The notes beneath the pieces were generated by a model that ran no database searches, was not told the DNA's origin, and saw only the letters and a program-made list of their open reading frames with translations. From Gammaproteobacteria bacterium (GTDB lineage Bacteria > Pseudomonadota > Gammaproteobacteria > Eutrophobiales > Eutrophobiaceae): 64,000 nt of DNA. Location of the stretch: positions 1,472,001 through 1,536,000 of the forward strand of contig CBDCDS010000003.1 in the NCBI GenBank assembly GCA_965215365.1, written 5' to 3'. Made by a program: the position numbers and the translations under genes. Each line of letters begins with the position of its first letter. Within the stretch, counting starts at the first letter, position 1. Shown piece by piece: positions 52,137 through 61,424 of the stretch.

Positions 52137-52697
52137 TTACCCGGTCCCTACCGGGGAGCGGGAGGCCTGTTCGGCGGCCGGCGTTGGGGGCAGAGCTGGA
52201 GCCGGGGCCGGTTCGTAACGATGAGCGGCGGCAATATCTGCCGGCAGCAAGCCGCGCCCCCAGACGGCGACACGCTGGAACGGTTCCAGCAAAACCGCTT
52301 CATGCCACCATGCGTTTTTAGATGCTGCCGTGAAGCCCGCCAGGAACACGATGACGGTAATCAGTGCCGCGCCCAGTCCGGCCCCGAAGCAAAAACCCAG
52401 TGCCCTGTTGACGGCGGTCAACCCGGCCCGGTTAAACAATTTGATGACAAAGTGACCCAGCACGGTGAACGCCATCAGGCTGGCGATGAACACGCCCGCA
52501 AACGCCACAATGTCCCGCAGCAACGGGTCCAGGTGAGCCGCCAGCAACAACGAAACCCAACCACTGAATTCAGTTGCAACGAAGACCGCCAATAACCAGG
52601 CGGTGATGGACAACAGCACGTTCAACAACCCGTATAACAGCCCCAGGATTGCCGGCAGCAACAACAGCGCGAGAATGCCGATATCAATGCCTGGCAC
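52137..52697 (-). CDS. cvpA: Colicin V production protein CvpA
   Basis: Four hydrophobic helices, [12 protein letters not shown]; cvpA-purF synteny. Confidence 0.88.
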   Translation of the reverse strand: MPGIDIGILALLLLPAILGLLYGLLNVLLSITAWLLAVFVATEFSGWVSLLLAAHLDPLLRDIVAFAGVFIASLMAFTVLGHFVIKLFNRAGLTAVNRALGFCFGAGLGAALITVIVFLAGFTAASKNAWWHEAVLLEPFQRVAVWGRGLLPADIAAAHRYEPAPAPALPPTPAAEQASRSPVGTG

Positions 52698-52734
52698 GAT
52701 CAGATTTCAAGCTGCGCCATCAGCATGGCCGCGC

Positions 52735-53244
52735 TCATGGATAATCGACAATGAAACCGTCCAGGTCCAGCTTCTTTTTCAGTTCGTCCTGCAGCGCCTC
52801 GACTTCCGAACGCAGTGCTTCCGGGCCTACTCTGACCTGATATAACGCGGAACCGTCCGTGGCTGTCACCGGCTCATCCACAATGTAGGAGCGGTAGCCG
52901 GCCGTACGTAACCTGTCATTGAGGGCCTCGGCATTGTTTCGGGAAAGACTGCCCACCTGCACAACCCATCCGGTCAAGGCGGCGCTCCGCGCACGGGCGC
53001 CCGACACCAAGGCATCGTTTGGCGCGCCGGTAGCGCCTGTCGCTCCCGCCCCGGATGCCACCTCGCCCGGCGCCGGAATGGGCGTTAAACGGGTACTGAA
53101 TTCTGTATCCGGCGGCGTCGGGATATTGGTGGTTTTGATGCCGCGCTCGACGCGGGTGTCATCCAGCGCCAGCGGGATCAATATCACTGCCAGCAACAGC
53201 AGCACCACGGCGCCGGTCAGTCTTTCTTTATGTTTCTGTTCCAC
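52735..53244 (-). CDS. dedD: SPOR-domain cell division protein DedD
   Basis: ERLTGAVVL..VILIP anchor, WVVQVGS..YQVRVGP SPOR domain; synteny. Confidence 0.88.
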   Translation of the reverse strand: MEQKHKERLTGAVVLLLLAVILIPLALDDTRVERGIKTTNIPTPPDTEFSTRLTPIPAPGEVASGAGATGATGAPNDALVSGARARSAALTGWVVQVGSLSRNNAEALNDRLRTAGYRSYIVDEPVTATDGSALYQVRVGPEALRSEVEALQDELKKKLDLDGFIVDYP

Positions 53245-53250
53245 AGGGGC

Positions 53251-54570
53251 TTAGCAACTCCGCAGGTAATCAAGCGCGGCACCGACCGTGACGAACGAAC
53301 CGGTAACGATAATTCTATCACCGGCGCCGGCACCAGTCTCGGCCGCAGACAGGGCTTCAACAACGGTGTTAAATTGCTCGATCTTTTCCGCATCGGCATA
53401 TTTTTCCAGAGCGCGGCCCAATTCCGCCAGCCCCGCAGCACGTTCCTCGGGCAATTCAACCAGATACCAGTGATCGGCAATTTCCGTCAATTGCCTGAAT
53501 ACGGCATCATGATTCTTGTCTCTGAGCATGCCGATCACAACATGTGTTTCACCAAAGCCGGGGAGCTTTTTCACGTTCTCAACCAGCGCTGAGACTGCTT
53601 GCGGGTTATGCGCAACGTCCAGGATAAACGGATTTTTGCCGGGGATGGTCTGGAAGCGGCCGGCCAGTCGGAAATCCCGCAGGCAGGACTTGATCGTTTC
53701 CAGGCTGACCGGAAATTCCGCAGCCAGCACCTCCAGTGTCATCAATACGCCGGCGGCATTTTGTATCTGCCGGTTGTTATTGATGCCCGGTTTGGGCAGC
53801 CCGGTATGGACGCTGTCGGCGCAACGCCAGGTCCAACTATCGGCCTGTAGGGCGCTGCTGAAATCGCGGCCGGCCTGATACAGGCGCGCGCCCGTTTCCT
53901 GCGCACAGGCGGCGATGGACGGCGGCGGCGCCGGATCCGAACACACGGCAGGGCGTCCTGACCGGAAAATTCCCGCCTTCTCCCGGCCGATACTGTCCCT
54001 GTCATAGCCCAGCCATTGCTCGTGGTCCAGGTCTATGGTAACGACCAGAGCGACATCCGCATCGAGAATATTCACGGCATCCAGCCGCCCGCCCAGTCCC
54101 ACTTCCAGTATCACCATGTCAAGCTGCGCGTGTTGGAATATATCCAGCGCCGCCAGCGTGCCAAATTCAAAATACGTCAGGGAAATATCGCCGCGCGCCC
54201 GGTCGATGCGATCAAACGAAGCGCACAGTTGCGCATCCGTGACCTGCTTGCCGTCAACACAAATCCTTTCGTTGTAGCGGCTCAGGTGGGGAGATGTATA
54301 GGCACCTACCCGATAGCCGGCTTTTCTCAACATCGCATCCAGCATGGCCGCGCTGGAGCCTTTGCCGTTGGTGCCGGAGACGCTGATCACCTTGCTGTCC
54401 GGTTGTAGCAGGTCCAGCCTTTGCGCGACCTTATTGCAGCGATCCAGACCCAGCTCAATGGCGGTGAAATGCAGGCTCTCCTGCCACCTCAGCCAGTCAG
54501 TCAGGCAAGTGAACCTGGGGTTAAGCGCCAGCACAGGAGGCGCCAGCAGGGTGTTTGGAGTGCCGCTCAT
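53251..54570 (-). CDS. folC: Folylpolyglutamate/dihydrofolate synthase
   Basis: GTNGKGS, YTSPHL, EVGLGGRLDAVN, LDVAHNP, TGSF. Confidence 0.97.
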   Translation of the reverse strand: MSGTPNTLLAPPVLALNPRFTCLTDWLRWQESLHFTAIELGLDRCNKVAQRLDLLQPDSKVISVSGTNGKGSSAAMLDAMLRKAGYRVGAYTSPHLSRYNERICVDGKQVTDAQLCASFDRIDRARGDISLTYFEFGTLAALDIFQHAQLDMVILEVGLGGRLDAVNILDADVALVVTIDLDHEQWLGYDRDSIGREKAGIFRSGRPAVCSDPAPPPSIAACAQETGARLYQAGRDFSSALQADSWTWRCADSVHTGLPKPGINNNRQIQNAAGVLMTLEVLAAEFPVSLETIKSCLRDFRLAGRFQTIPGKNPFILDVAHNPQAVSALVENVKKLPGFGETHVVIGMLRDKNHDAVFRQLTEIADHWYLVELPEERAAGLAELGRALEKYADAEKIEQFNTVVEALSAAETGAGAGDRIIVTGSFVTVGAALDYLRSC

Positions 54571-55430
54571 CAGGAACCGGGGTGATGACACAGCATGGAT
54601 AGTATCGACGCTATCGTGTCGCGCAACTGGCGCCGATCGGTGATCATATCGATATTCCCATGTTCCAGTAAAAACTCACTTTTCTGAAATTCTTCCGGCA
54701 GCGTCTCGCGCACGGTCTGCTCGATCACGCGTGGCCCGGCAAACCCGATCAGGGCGCCGGGTTCTGCGATGTTGATGTCTCCTAAAGTGCCGATACTTGC
54801 CGAAACACCGCCCATGGTCGGGTGGGTCAACACCGATATGTACGGCAAACCGGCGGCGCGCAGTTTGCCCAGCGCGGCGCTGGTTTTGGCCATCTGGAAC
54901 AGTGCTATCAGTGCCTCTTGCATGCGCGCGCCGCCGCTGGCGGAGAAGCACACCAGCGGCAGACGCTGCTCAATACAGGTATCGACCGCCCGCACCAGAC
55001 GCTCACCGACGACCGAGCCCATGGAGCCACCCATGAATTCAAATTCAAAGGCAGCGACAACTAAGGGCTGGCCCTTGAGTTTGCCCATGAGCACCACCAG
55101 CGCGTCATTCTCGCCGGTGTCCTTGCTGGCGCTGCTCAGGCGATCCTTGTATCTCCTGCTGTCACGAAATTTTAACTTGTCCACCGACATCAGGGCAGCG
55201 CCGATCTCAACCCATTCCTCCGGGTCCAGGAAGCTGTGCAACCGCTCCCGGGCGCCGATACGCATGTGGTGGCCGCACTTGGGGCAGACTTCCAGATTGC
55301 GGGATAGTTCCGCCCGGTACAAGGTGGCATTACAACTGTCGCACTTGGCCCAGACTCCTTCCGGCACCGAACGACGATTGACCGCGCTGGTCTTGATGCG
55401 CGAGGGCAGCAGTCGGTCCAGCCAGCTCAT
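54570..55430 (-). CDS. accD: Acetyl-CoA carboxylase carboxyltransferase beta
   Basis: CDSC..CPKC zinc finger, [20 protein letters not shown]. Confidence 0.98.
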   Translation of the reverse strand: MSWLDRLLPSRIKTSAVNRRSVPEGVWAKCDSCNATLYRAELSRNLEVCPKCGHHMRIGARERLHSFLDPEEWVEIGAALMSVDKLKFRDSRRYKDRLSSASKDTGENDALVVLMGKLKGQPLVVAAFEFEFMGGSMGSVVGERLVRAVDTCIEQRLPLVCFSASGGARMQEALIALFQMAKTSAALGKLRAAGLPYISVLTHPTMGGVSASIGTLGDINIAEPGALIGFAGPRVIEQTVRETLPEEFQKSEFLLEHGNIDMITDRRQLRDTIASILSMLCHHPGS

Positions 55431-56236
55431 GCCGCTTGATCTAACGCCGCGCGCAGCGGCGCAATAAACGCGCCAATCCGGGCCTGCAAGTCGGCCCCTG
55501 CCTGTGCCGCGTCATGGATACGCTCGACCAGGGCGCTGCCCATGACGACAGCATCGCTATGAGGTGCCAGCTGCGCGGCGGTGGCCGCGTCGGTTATCCC
55601 GAAACCGACGGCTAGGGGCAGCTCGGTCATGGCCCTGAGGCTACGCAGTTTCTGCGCCACTTCCTGCGTATCGGGCCGATTCCCGCCGGTGGTCCCCGTC
55701 ACGGACACATAGTACAGAAACCCGGATGCCAGTCCGGCAATGGTCTTGATACACGGCGCGCTGGTAACGGGTGTCACCAGAAAAATCTGGTCGATAGCCC
55801 GGGCGCGCAGCGGCCGGTTAAGCAAGGTCGCCTGTTCCGGCGGCAAGTCCGCGATAATGACCCCGTCAACCCCTGCCGCCGCAGCCTGTTCGGCAAATGT
55901 CTCATAACCGAATACTTCGATGGAGTTCAGGTATCCCATCAACAGCACCGGGGTATGGCTGTCGGCCTGACGAAATCGGGCCACCATCTCCAGCACCTCA
56001 GGCAGCGCAACCCCCTGTGCCAGCGCCCGTTCATGGGCGCGCCGGATGGTCGGCCCATCCGCCCTCGGGTCGGAAGACGGCACCCCGAGTTCCAGCAAAT
56101 CAGCACCATGCCGCACCAGCGCGTGCATGATGTCAAGTGTAGCCGCCGGGTCCGGGTCTCCGGCTGTGACAAAGGTCACCAGAGCTGTTCTGTTGTGCCG
56201 CTTAAGCGTCTGGTATGTGGACGAAATACGACTCAT
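55427..56236 (-). CDS. trpA: Tryptophan synthase alpha chain (divergent)
   Basis: TAGDP, LELGVP.SDP.ADGPTI, DLPPE, YYVS..G.TG, VGFGI. Confidence 0.95.
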   Translation of the reverse strand: MSRISSTYQTLKRHNRTALVTFVTAGDPDPAATLDIMHALVRHGADLLELGVPSSDPRADGPTIRRAHERALAQGVALPEVLEMVARFRQADSHTPVLLMGYLNSIEVFGYETFAEQAAAAGVDGVIIADLPPEQATLLNRPLRARAIDQIFLVTPVTSAPCIKTIAGLASGFLYYVSVTGTTGGNRPDTQEVAQKLRSLRAMTELPLAVGFGITDAATAAQLAPHSDAVVMGSALVERIHDAAQAGADLQARIGAFIAPLRAALDQAA

Positions 56237-56337
56237 CGGTTGATTGAATGCCAACTCAATATATTCAGGCATAACAGGTTACAGCATTCCGAAGGTAGAG
56301 AACAATCGTTTTTCCGGCCTTGGGGCATGCCTCGCAC

Positions 56338-56588
56338 AGTATTTTCCAATACTGGAATGAGCCTGAAGCGGAGGGAGTCAGCCCCGATCTCAAGCCCGTT
56401 TGTATTCCTGTTCATGCATGGTGGTAAAGAGGTCCCGGCGCGCCTGTTGTAGGGCGGCCGCGTTGTCGCTGACTTGGTAAGCGATCTTATCTAGTATCTC
56501 AAAGCTCAGCTCGGGTTTCAAACAGGCTTGTGCACTAGGCAGCGATTTGAGTTTCTCGTATGGGGTCATGAGGTTCTTGTGGGGGGTA
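56338..56588 (-). mobile_element. 3' end remnant of an ISNCY-type element
   Basis: Manual translation MTPYEKLKSLPSAQACLKPELSFEILDKIAYQVSDN..ARRDLF..stop at 56390, followed by an IS-end-like TTCAGGCTCATTCCAGTATTGGAAAATACT; family recognised from memory. Confidence 0.6.
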
Positions 56589-56594
56589 ACGTAC

Positions 56595-57726
56595 TGTCCG
56601 GGTTCAGAAACAAGTGAGACTCTTTAGATAAAGAAATCGGGTAGTCTGTGTGTGAATTAATCTCAACTAATTGACACAGGAGGACTACCCGATGCAGATC
56701 AAAAGCCTGCGGGTGAAATCATATCGCAGTTGGCGCGTCGATGATACTACCGATGCTGACGCGCGCGGTCGTTTGAAGCAGTTGGAATTGGTTGCGACGT
56801 TACGCGAGGATGGGTGTGGTGAGGCGACGGCACTGGCAGCAGTAGGTTGGTCGAGGGCGACCTACTACCGTTGGTTGAAGCGGTATCGTGAACATGGGCT
56901 GAAGGGTCTGGGGTGTGGCTCTCGTGCGCCGCGGCGGCGGCGTGTGCCGCAATGGACGCGCCAGCACGAGCAGCAGGTCTTGCACCTTCGCCAACGTTAT
57001 CCGTTATGGGGTAAGCGTAAGCTCTGGCGGGTGGGGGTGCGCGAGCAGGGCTGGACTTTGAGCGAGAGTACGGTCGGGCGCATCGTGGCGAAGCTGGTGC
57101 GGCTGGGTCGGGTCAAGCCGGTGGCGTTTTACTATGGCCGGGTGAAGCCTAAGCGCCGCCGGGCGTTTACCCATCATGCCAAGCGCTGGCGCTACGGGAT
57201 GAAGGCTAAGGCGCCAGGGGAGTTGATGCAGATAGACCACATGAGTGTCGGCTTCACGGACGGCATCACGGTGAAGGAGTTCAAGGCCGTCTGTCCGGTG
57301 AGCAAATGGAGTGCGCTGCGAGCCTACAGTCGGGCCACCAGTGGCAATGCCCGGCGCTTCTTAAAAGCGCTGCTCGGTGAGGCGCCGTTTCCCATCCGTT
57401 CTATCCAGGTCGATGGCGGCTCGGAGTTCCGAGATGAGTTCGAGCAGGCTTGCCAGGACTTAGGAATCCCCCTGTACGTGCTGCCCCCGAAAAAACCCGA
57501 ATACAACGGCTGTGTAGAACGCGCCAATGCCACCAGCCGCTATGAGTTCTATCCGTTCTACGAGGGCCCACTGACCGTGGCCGCCATCAACCGCAAACTG
57601 GCAGAGTATCAGCAATACTACAATACCTACCGCCCGCATGACGGTATTGGTTTATTAACCCCAATGGAGTATTATCAACAACTCACACAGCCTGCCTCTG
57701 AGTCTCATATGTATTGAACCTGGACA
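56595..57726 (+). mobile_element. Complete IS481-family element, 1132 bp
   Basis: Imperfect terminal repeats TGTCCGGGTTCAGAAACAAGTGAGACTC / TGTCCAGGTTCAATACATATGAGACTC; 6-bp target duplication ACGTAC at 56589-56594 and 57727-57732. Confidence 0.92.
56692..57717 (+). CDS. IS481-family DDE transposase
   Basis: HTH SRATYYRW, MQID, QVDGGSEF, NGCVER, YNTYRPH. Confidence 0.93.
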   Translation: MQIKSLRVKSYRSWRVDDTTDADARGRLKQLELVATLREDGCGEATALAAVGWSRATYYRWLKRYREHGLKGLGCGSRAPRRRRVPQWTRQHEQQVLHLRQRYPLWGKRKLWRVGVREQGWTLSESTVGRIVAKLVRLGRVKPVAFYYGRVKPKRRRAFTHHAKRWRYGMKAKAPGELMQIDHMSVGFTDGITVKEFKAVCPVSKWSALRAYSRATSGNARRFLKALLGEAPFPIRSIQVDGGSEFRDEFEQACQDLGIPLYVLPPKKPEYNGCVERANATSRYEFYPFYEGPLTVAAINRKLAEYQQYYNTYRPHDGIGLLTPMEYYQQLTQPASESHMY

Positions 57727-57787
57727 ACGTACTGGACACCTTGCAGATTTTGATACATAATTCCCAAGTGACTACTCGCCCCCTGGT

Positions 57788-57919
57788 CGTCATTCCCGCG
57801 CATGCGGGAATCTAGTGGAAAAAGTCCCGAAGGGACACTTTATAAGGTGTCGCGAGCGACTGTTTGATCGACTGGATTCCTGCATTCGCAGGAATGACGG
57901 TGAAGAGAGCAGGAATGAC
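57788..57919. repeat. Inverted pair of GTCATTCCCGC..GGGAAT palindromic repeats (REP/dRS3-like doublet)
   Basis: CGTCATTCCCGCGCATGCGGGAATCTAG at 57788-57815, inverted CTGGATTCCTGCATTCGCAGGAATGACG at 57872-57899, extra half GCAGGAATGAC at 57909-57919. Confidence 0.8.
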
Positions 57920-58008
57920 AAACGGGGGGCGAGTAGTTACATTCCCAAGCAGAACGAATCCTATGCCTTGGGCTTTGATGAAGATGACAGCCAATTTCGG
58001 AGGTGAAT

Positions 58009-58281
58009 ATGGCGAATGCTTGTGCATTGAAACAGGTGTCAAATCCAACTGAACAAGTGAAGTTTCAGAAGCGCTTGAGAAAAATACTGGAACTTTTAGG
58101 GCCAAGCATCTGGCTACATTTTTGTGACGATGTTTTTTTGAGGGCTGCATTCGGTAGTGAAGATTTGAGTCGCAAGGCAGATGAGTTTGCGAAACAACAT
58201 AAGTGCTGCTTTTTCTATGATGGGCACGATCGCGGAGGCCGTTTCGGTCGAGCCTACTTCGCTGATGAGGAATCAGAATGA
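58009..58281 (+). CDS. Hypothetical protein
   Basis: GGAGGTGA RBS before ATG 58009; ATGA overlap with the next gene. Confidence 0.5.
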   Translation: MANACALKQVSNPTEQVKFQKRLRKILELLGPSIWLHFCDDVFLRAAFGSEDLSRKADEFAKQHKCCFFYDGHDRGGRFGRAYFADEESE

Positions 58282-58613
58282 AAAAATCAGTGTTAGTTAT
58301 AGCCCTAGTTGCCACCTTGGTCCTTGGAGGCTGCACTACTACCAATTCAAGGCCATATCTTCAAACTGAAACCGTATACTTGCAAACAGAGGATGGGCTC
58401 GTGGCCCAGTGCGGCCCGTATATCTATACATCCGCGGACGCACGACGGGATTTACACCGATGGAAGGCTGTTGCAGATGACCTTGCGGATGGCACTGCGG
58501 CTACGGTCAACTACGATCATCGGCTCCGGCAGGCGATGGAGAAAATGCTGAGGCAATGCGTTAATGACTATCTGGTATCAGGGTATCGGCGAATCCCTGC
58601 CCCGCCGAATTAA
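58278..58613 (+). CDS. Hypothetical lipoprotein
   Basis: MKK + hydrophobic stretch + LGGC lipobox, GAGG RBS. Confidence 0.7.
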   Translation: MKKSVLVIALVATLVLGGCTTTNSRPYLQTETVYLQTEDGLVAQCGPYIYTSADARRDLHRWKAVADDLADGTAATVNYDHRLRQAMEKMLRQCVNDYLVSGYRRIPAPPN

Positions 58614-58656
58614 GAGCCTTTTCTAAACCAGTCAATACCTTAAACTAGGAAATTCC

Positions 58657-58734
58657 GAAAAAAATATCGAGAAGTTAATCGAGGAGCATTACCATGAGCT
58701 CAGCAGCGCCTGGGAACGACACTTCAACCTGTGA
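58657..58734 (+). pseudogene. 3' remnant of a DUF4160-like gene
   Basis: Manual translation EKNIEKLIEEHYHELSSAWERHFNL-stop overlapping the DUF2442 start; no in-frame start after the stop at 58624-58626. Confidence 0.6.
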
Positions 58735-58960
58735 AGTTGCGCATATTTCCGCACACGGAATATGGCTGTTCGCACATAACGAGGAATTTTTCATGTCTTA
58801 CGAAGACTTCCCCTGGTTCAAAAAGCAACCCATTGAGGCAGTCCTGAATGTTGAGGAATCATCCCCGGATCATTATTATTGGCCGGCGATTGATGTGGAT
58901 TTAACCAAAGAGATTATCAAAAACCCGGGGCGGTTTCCGCTAAAGGCAAAAGTCAAATAA
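58694..58960 (+). CDS. DUF2442-domain protein
   Basis: EVAHISAHGIWL..FMSYEDFPWF..YWPAIDVDL..P.RFPL. Confidence 0.8.
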   Translation: MSSAAPGNDTSTCEVAHISAHGIWLFAHNEEFFMSYEDFPWFKKQPIEAVLNVEESSPDHYYWPAIDVDLTKEIIKNPGRFPLKAKVK

Positions 58961-59232
58961 TGAGGCATCTTGTCGTCTGTGACTACGGTGCCTTCCTGGG
59001 GTTGCACAGTCACCGTCTGGCAGTGCGCCAGGACGACGAAACCAGACACTATCCGCTGAACCGGCTCTGCACTGTCACAGTTGCCAAGCGCGGTGTCAGT
59101 GTATCCAGCGATTTGATCGAGGCATTCAGCCAGCGCGGCATCAAGCTGTTCTTCCTGGATTTTCGTGACGCTGCGCACTCGGCCCTGCTGGGCCCAGTCG
59201 CAACACGGCTACTCGTTGACACGCCGCCATAA
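58960..59232 (+). pseudogene. cas1: Cas1 N-terminal fragment
   Basis: LVVCDYGAFLG....RLAV..YPLNRL..V...GVSVSSDLI....RGI.LFFLD; ends before the catalytic domain. Confidence 0.75.
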
Positions 59233-59279
59233 CAATCATAGGCTTGAAAGAGTATCGGGTAGTACAACCAACAGGCCCC

Positions 59280-59411
59280 ATGTCTGAAAAATCACAAATT
59301 ATAAGCCCCATATCAATTGACCTTGGCGCCAAGAATACTGGCGTTTACTTTGCGCGCTATGAGGCTGGCAGTTCGATTGAAAATAGTGTTGGCGTTCAGA
59401 TTGAATCATGA
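59280..59411 (+). pseudogene. cas9: Type II-B Cas9 5' stub (RuvC-I), 43 codons
   Basis: Manual translation MSEKSQIISPISIDLGAKNTGVYFARYEAGSS; matches the P(I/V)xIDLGxKxTG start of type II-B Cas9 proteins. Confidence 0.7.
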
Positions 59412-59452
59412 TCGCCACACCCCCCCGGAGCGGCCAGACACAAAGTAATCCA

Positions 59453-59929
59453 ATGACAGTGTCAAAGTACATTTCACTCTACTCGGCGCTGAACATGATG
59501 GACCCCGGCGGTAACAGCGGTGATTGGCACCCGATAAATCTGCTGTGTGAAAACCTGGACTTTGTTGGTGCAGGACAGGAAGTCGATACTCGGTTATGGT
59601 TTCAGGATAAAGATATTGTCATTTATCCGAACCATGCTTCACTGCCTGAATACTGCCCATCACGGGATTACTGGTCGGGTTTGTCTCCACCATTTATTGC
59701 AGCCAATCATCGACGGGCTGCGGTTGACCTGCTGTATCGTGACTTTTTCATTTGGCAAAAACAAGGCCGGACCGTGGATATGTACGGTTGGATTGACACG
59801 GATGAGCTGATTCAAAGCATCTTTGACGATTTTCAAATCATTGTGGATGATTTATCAACAACATCCTTAAAAATTGACCCGGCAATCTGGCATGGCTACC
59901 AGCGGTGGATTTGGGAAATGGCTGCGTGA
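59453..59929 (+). CDS. Hypothetical protein, probable partner/antitoxin of the AbiEii-like toxin
   Basis: KYISLYSALN..GDWH..ANHRRAAVDL; GTGA overlap with the toxin gene. Confidence 0.6.
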   Translation: MTVSKYISLYSALNMMDPGGNSGDWHPINLLCENLDFVGAGQEVDTRLWFQDKDIVIYPNHASLPEYCPSRDYWSGLSPPFIAANHRRAAVDLLYRDFFIWQKQGRTVDMYGWIDTDELIQSIFDDFQIIVDDLSTTSLKIDPAIWHGYQRWIWEMAA

Positions 59930-60585
59930 CCGATATTCCTGACCGCATTCACCAAAATTTGATACGCACCATCGTCGTGGGGCTAGCGGATACGCCGATG
60001 GTCCTGAAGGGCGGTGCGGCGCTGCTCCTCGTGTATTCGCTGGACCGGCATTCGGTGGATATCGACTATGATTCGCCGGTTAAACCCGATGTGCTGGGCC
60101 GCTTGGATGAGATTATGCGGCGCACACGGATGGACTTCAAAATAATCGACAGGAAGCGCACGGACACAACAAGCAGAATGTTGGTCCACTATCAGACCGG
60201 CAGGGTCAAAAATGGTCTGCTGAAAATAGAAATAAAAAATAACCGATCGATAGATCCTATCCATGTACAATCTAATCCCGGCTTTCGTGTCTATACTATC
60301 GACAAACTATGTGGGCAAAAGCTCAGCGCGATTGCTACTCGTACCAAAGCGCGTGATTTGTACGACTTGGCCCATATTGCCAGAAGTTTCAAAGCGGAAC
60401 TCAGTGATAACAATGTTGCCGAATTACAATCTCTGGCCAAAGACATATCCCTGCGTGAGCGATTTTTTGAAGACTGGCATTATGAAAAGACGACCAGGAA
60501 TAAATCTATTGATGCCATGCTGAACGCGCTTCAAACTGTACTTGAGTCGGGTCATTCACGGGATGACACTGACAAACCCGAATAG
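59926..60585 (+). CDS. AbiEii/AbiGii-family nucleotidyltransferase toxin
   Basis: LKGGAAL..RHSVDIDYD, KIEI, KL.A..R.KARDLYDL. Confidence 0.88.
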   Translation: MTDIPDRIHQNLIRTIVVGLADTPMVLKGGAALLLVYSLDRHSVDIDYDSPVKPDVLGRLDEIMRRTRMDFKIIDRKRTDTTSRMLVHYQTGRVKNGLLKIEIKNNRSIDPIHVQSNPGFRVYTIDKLCGQKLSAIATRTKARDLYDLAHIARSFKAELSDNNVAELQSLAKDISLRERFFEDWHYEKTTRNKSIDAMLNALQTVLESGHSRDDTDKPE

Positions 60586-60652
60586 AGCAGGGAATCCGGC
60601 GAACAATCGGTTCTCACTTTTTTCGAGAAAACAGCTAAAATGGCCGTGTTCG

Positions 60653-61279
60653 TCAGGCAATTTCAGCGGCGCCTGCCACTTCACGTATAAACTCTGTCAT
60701 GGCATGTTTGTCTTTGATGCCTTTAGCAAGTTCCACGCCGCTGCTGACATCGACCGCGGCCGGCCGGCACGCGGCAATGGCCTGACGCACGTTGGCAGCC
60801 GTCAGTCCCCCGGCCAGAATGACGGGCCGGGGCAGGTCGGGCGGGACCCGGCTCCAGTCAAAACGGGTACCCGTGCCGCCGGGCGCAGCTTCGGCATAGC
60901 CGTCCAGCAACAGCGCTGAAGCATCGGCATAACGCGCGCACACCTCGTGCAAATCAAGCCCCGGTTTCATCCTCACGGCCTTGAGGTAAGGCTTGTCGAA
61001 ACCGGCGCAAAAATCGGGGGGCTCATCCCCATGAAACTGGATGACATCCAGCGGCGCAGTTGCCAGTACGGAATGGATGAAGGCCGGGTCGGCATCCACA
61101 AACAGGCCGACCCGGGTGATGAAGGGCGGTAGTCGGGTAATAATGGCGCGGGCGTCGCCCGCTGCCACAAAACGCGGGCTGGGCGGGTAGAACACAAACC
61201 CCAGCGCCTGGGCGCCGGCCGCAGCCGCAGCTAAGGCGTCTTCAACGCGGGTGATGCCGCAGATTTTTACCCTGACCAT
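60653..61279 (-). CDS. trpF: Phosphoribosylanthranilate isomerase
   Basis: VKICGIT, QFHGDE, GGTG..FDW, LAGGL, DVSSGVE. Confidence 0.97.
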   Translation of the reverse strand: MVRVKICGITRVEDALAAAAAGAQALGFVFYPPSPRFVAAGDARAIITRLPPFITRVGLFVDADPAFIHSVLATAPLDVIQFHGDEPPDFCAGFDKPYLKAVRMKPGLDLHEVCARYADASALLLDGYAEAAPGGTGTRFDWSRVPPDLPRPVILAGGLTAANVRQAIAACRPAAVDVSSGVELAKGIKDKHAMTEFIREVAGAAEIA

Positions 61280-61424
61280 AACGATGCGTAAATGCTACAA
61301 ATAACGCCATGCTCGTGCTTCCTGCGCGCGCAGGAAACCGGTGAGCAAGCATTCATAACGACGCGCAGCAGTGATAAATCGTAATGCACTATCGAACCTT
61401 GTATAGTCTGTGGAGACAGATTTT

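Noticed and set aside
56692-56740. MQIKSLRVKSYRS resembles an SMC/OLD ATPase N-terminus
   Set aside because: It lies inside the IS ends, in frame with the transposase, and no Walker A follows
57733-60652. CRISPR array or tracrRNA near the cas stubs
   Set aside because: No regularly spaced direct repeats; the 57788-57919 repeats are inverted palindromes
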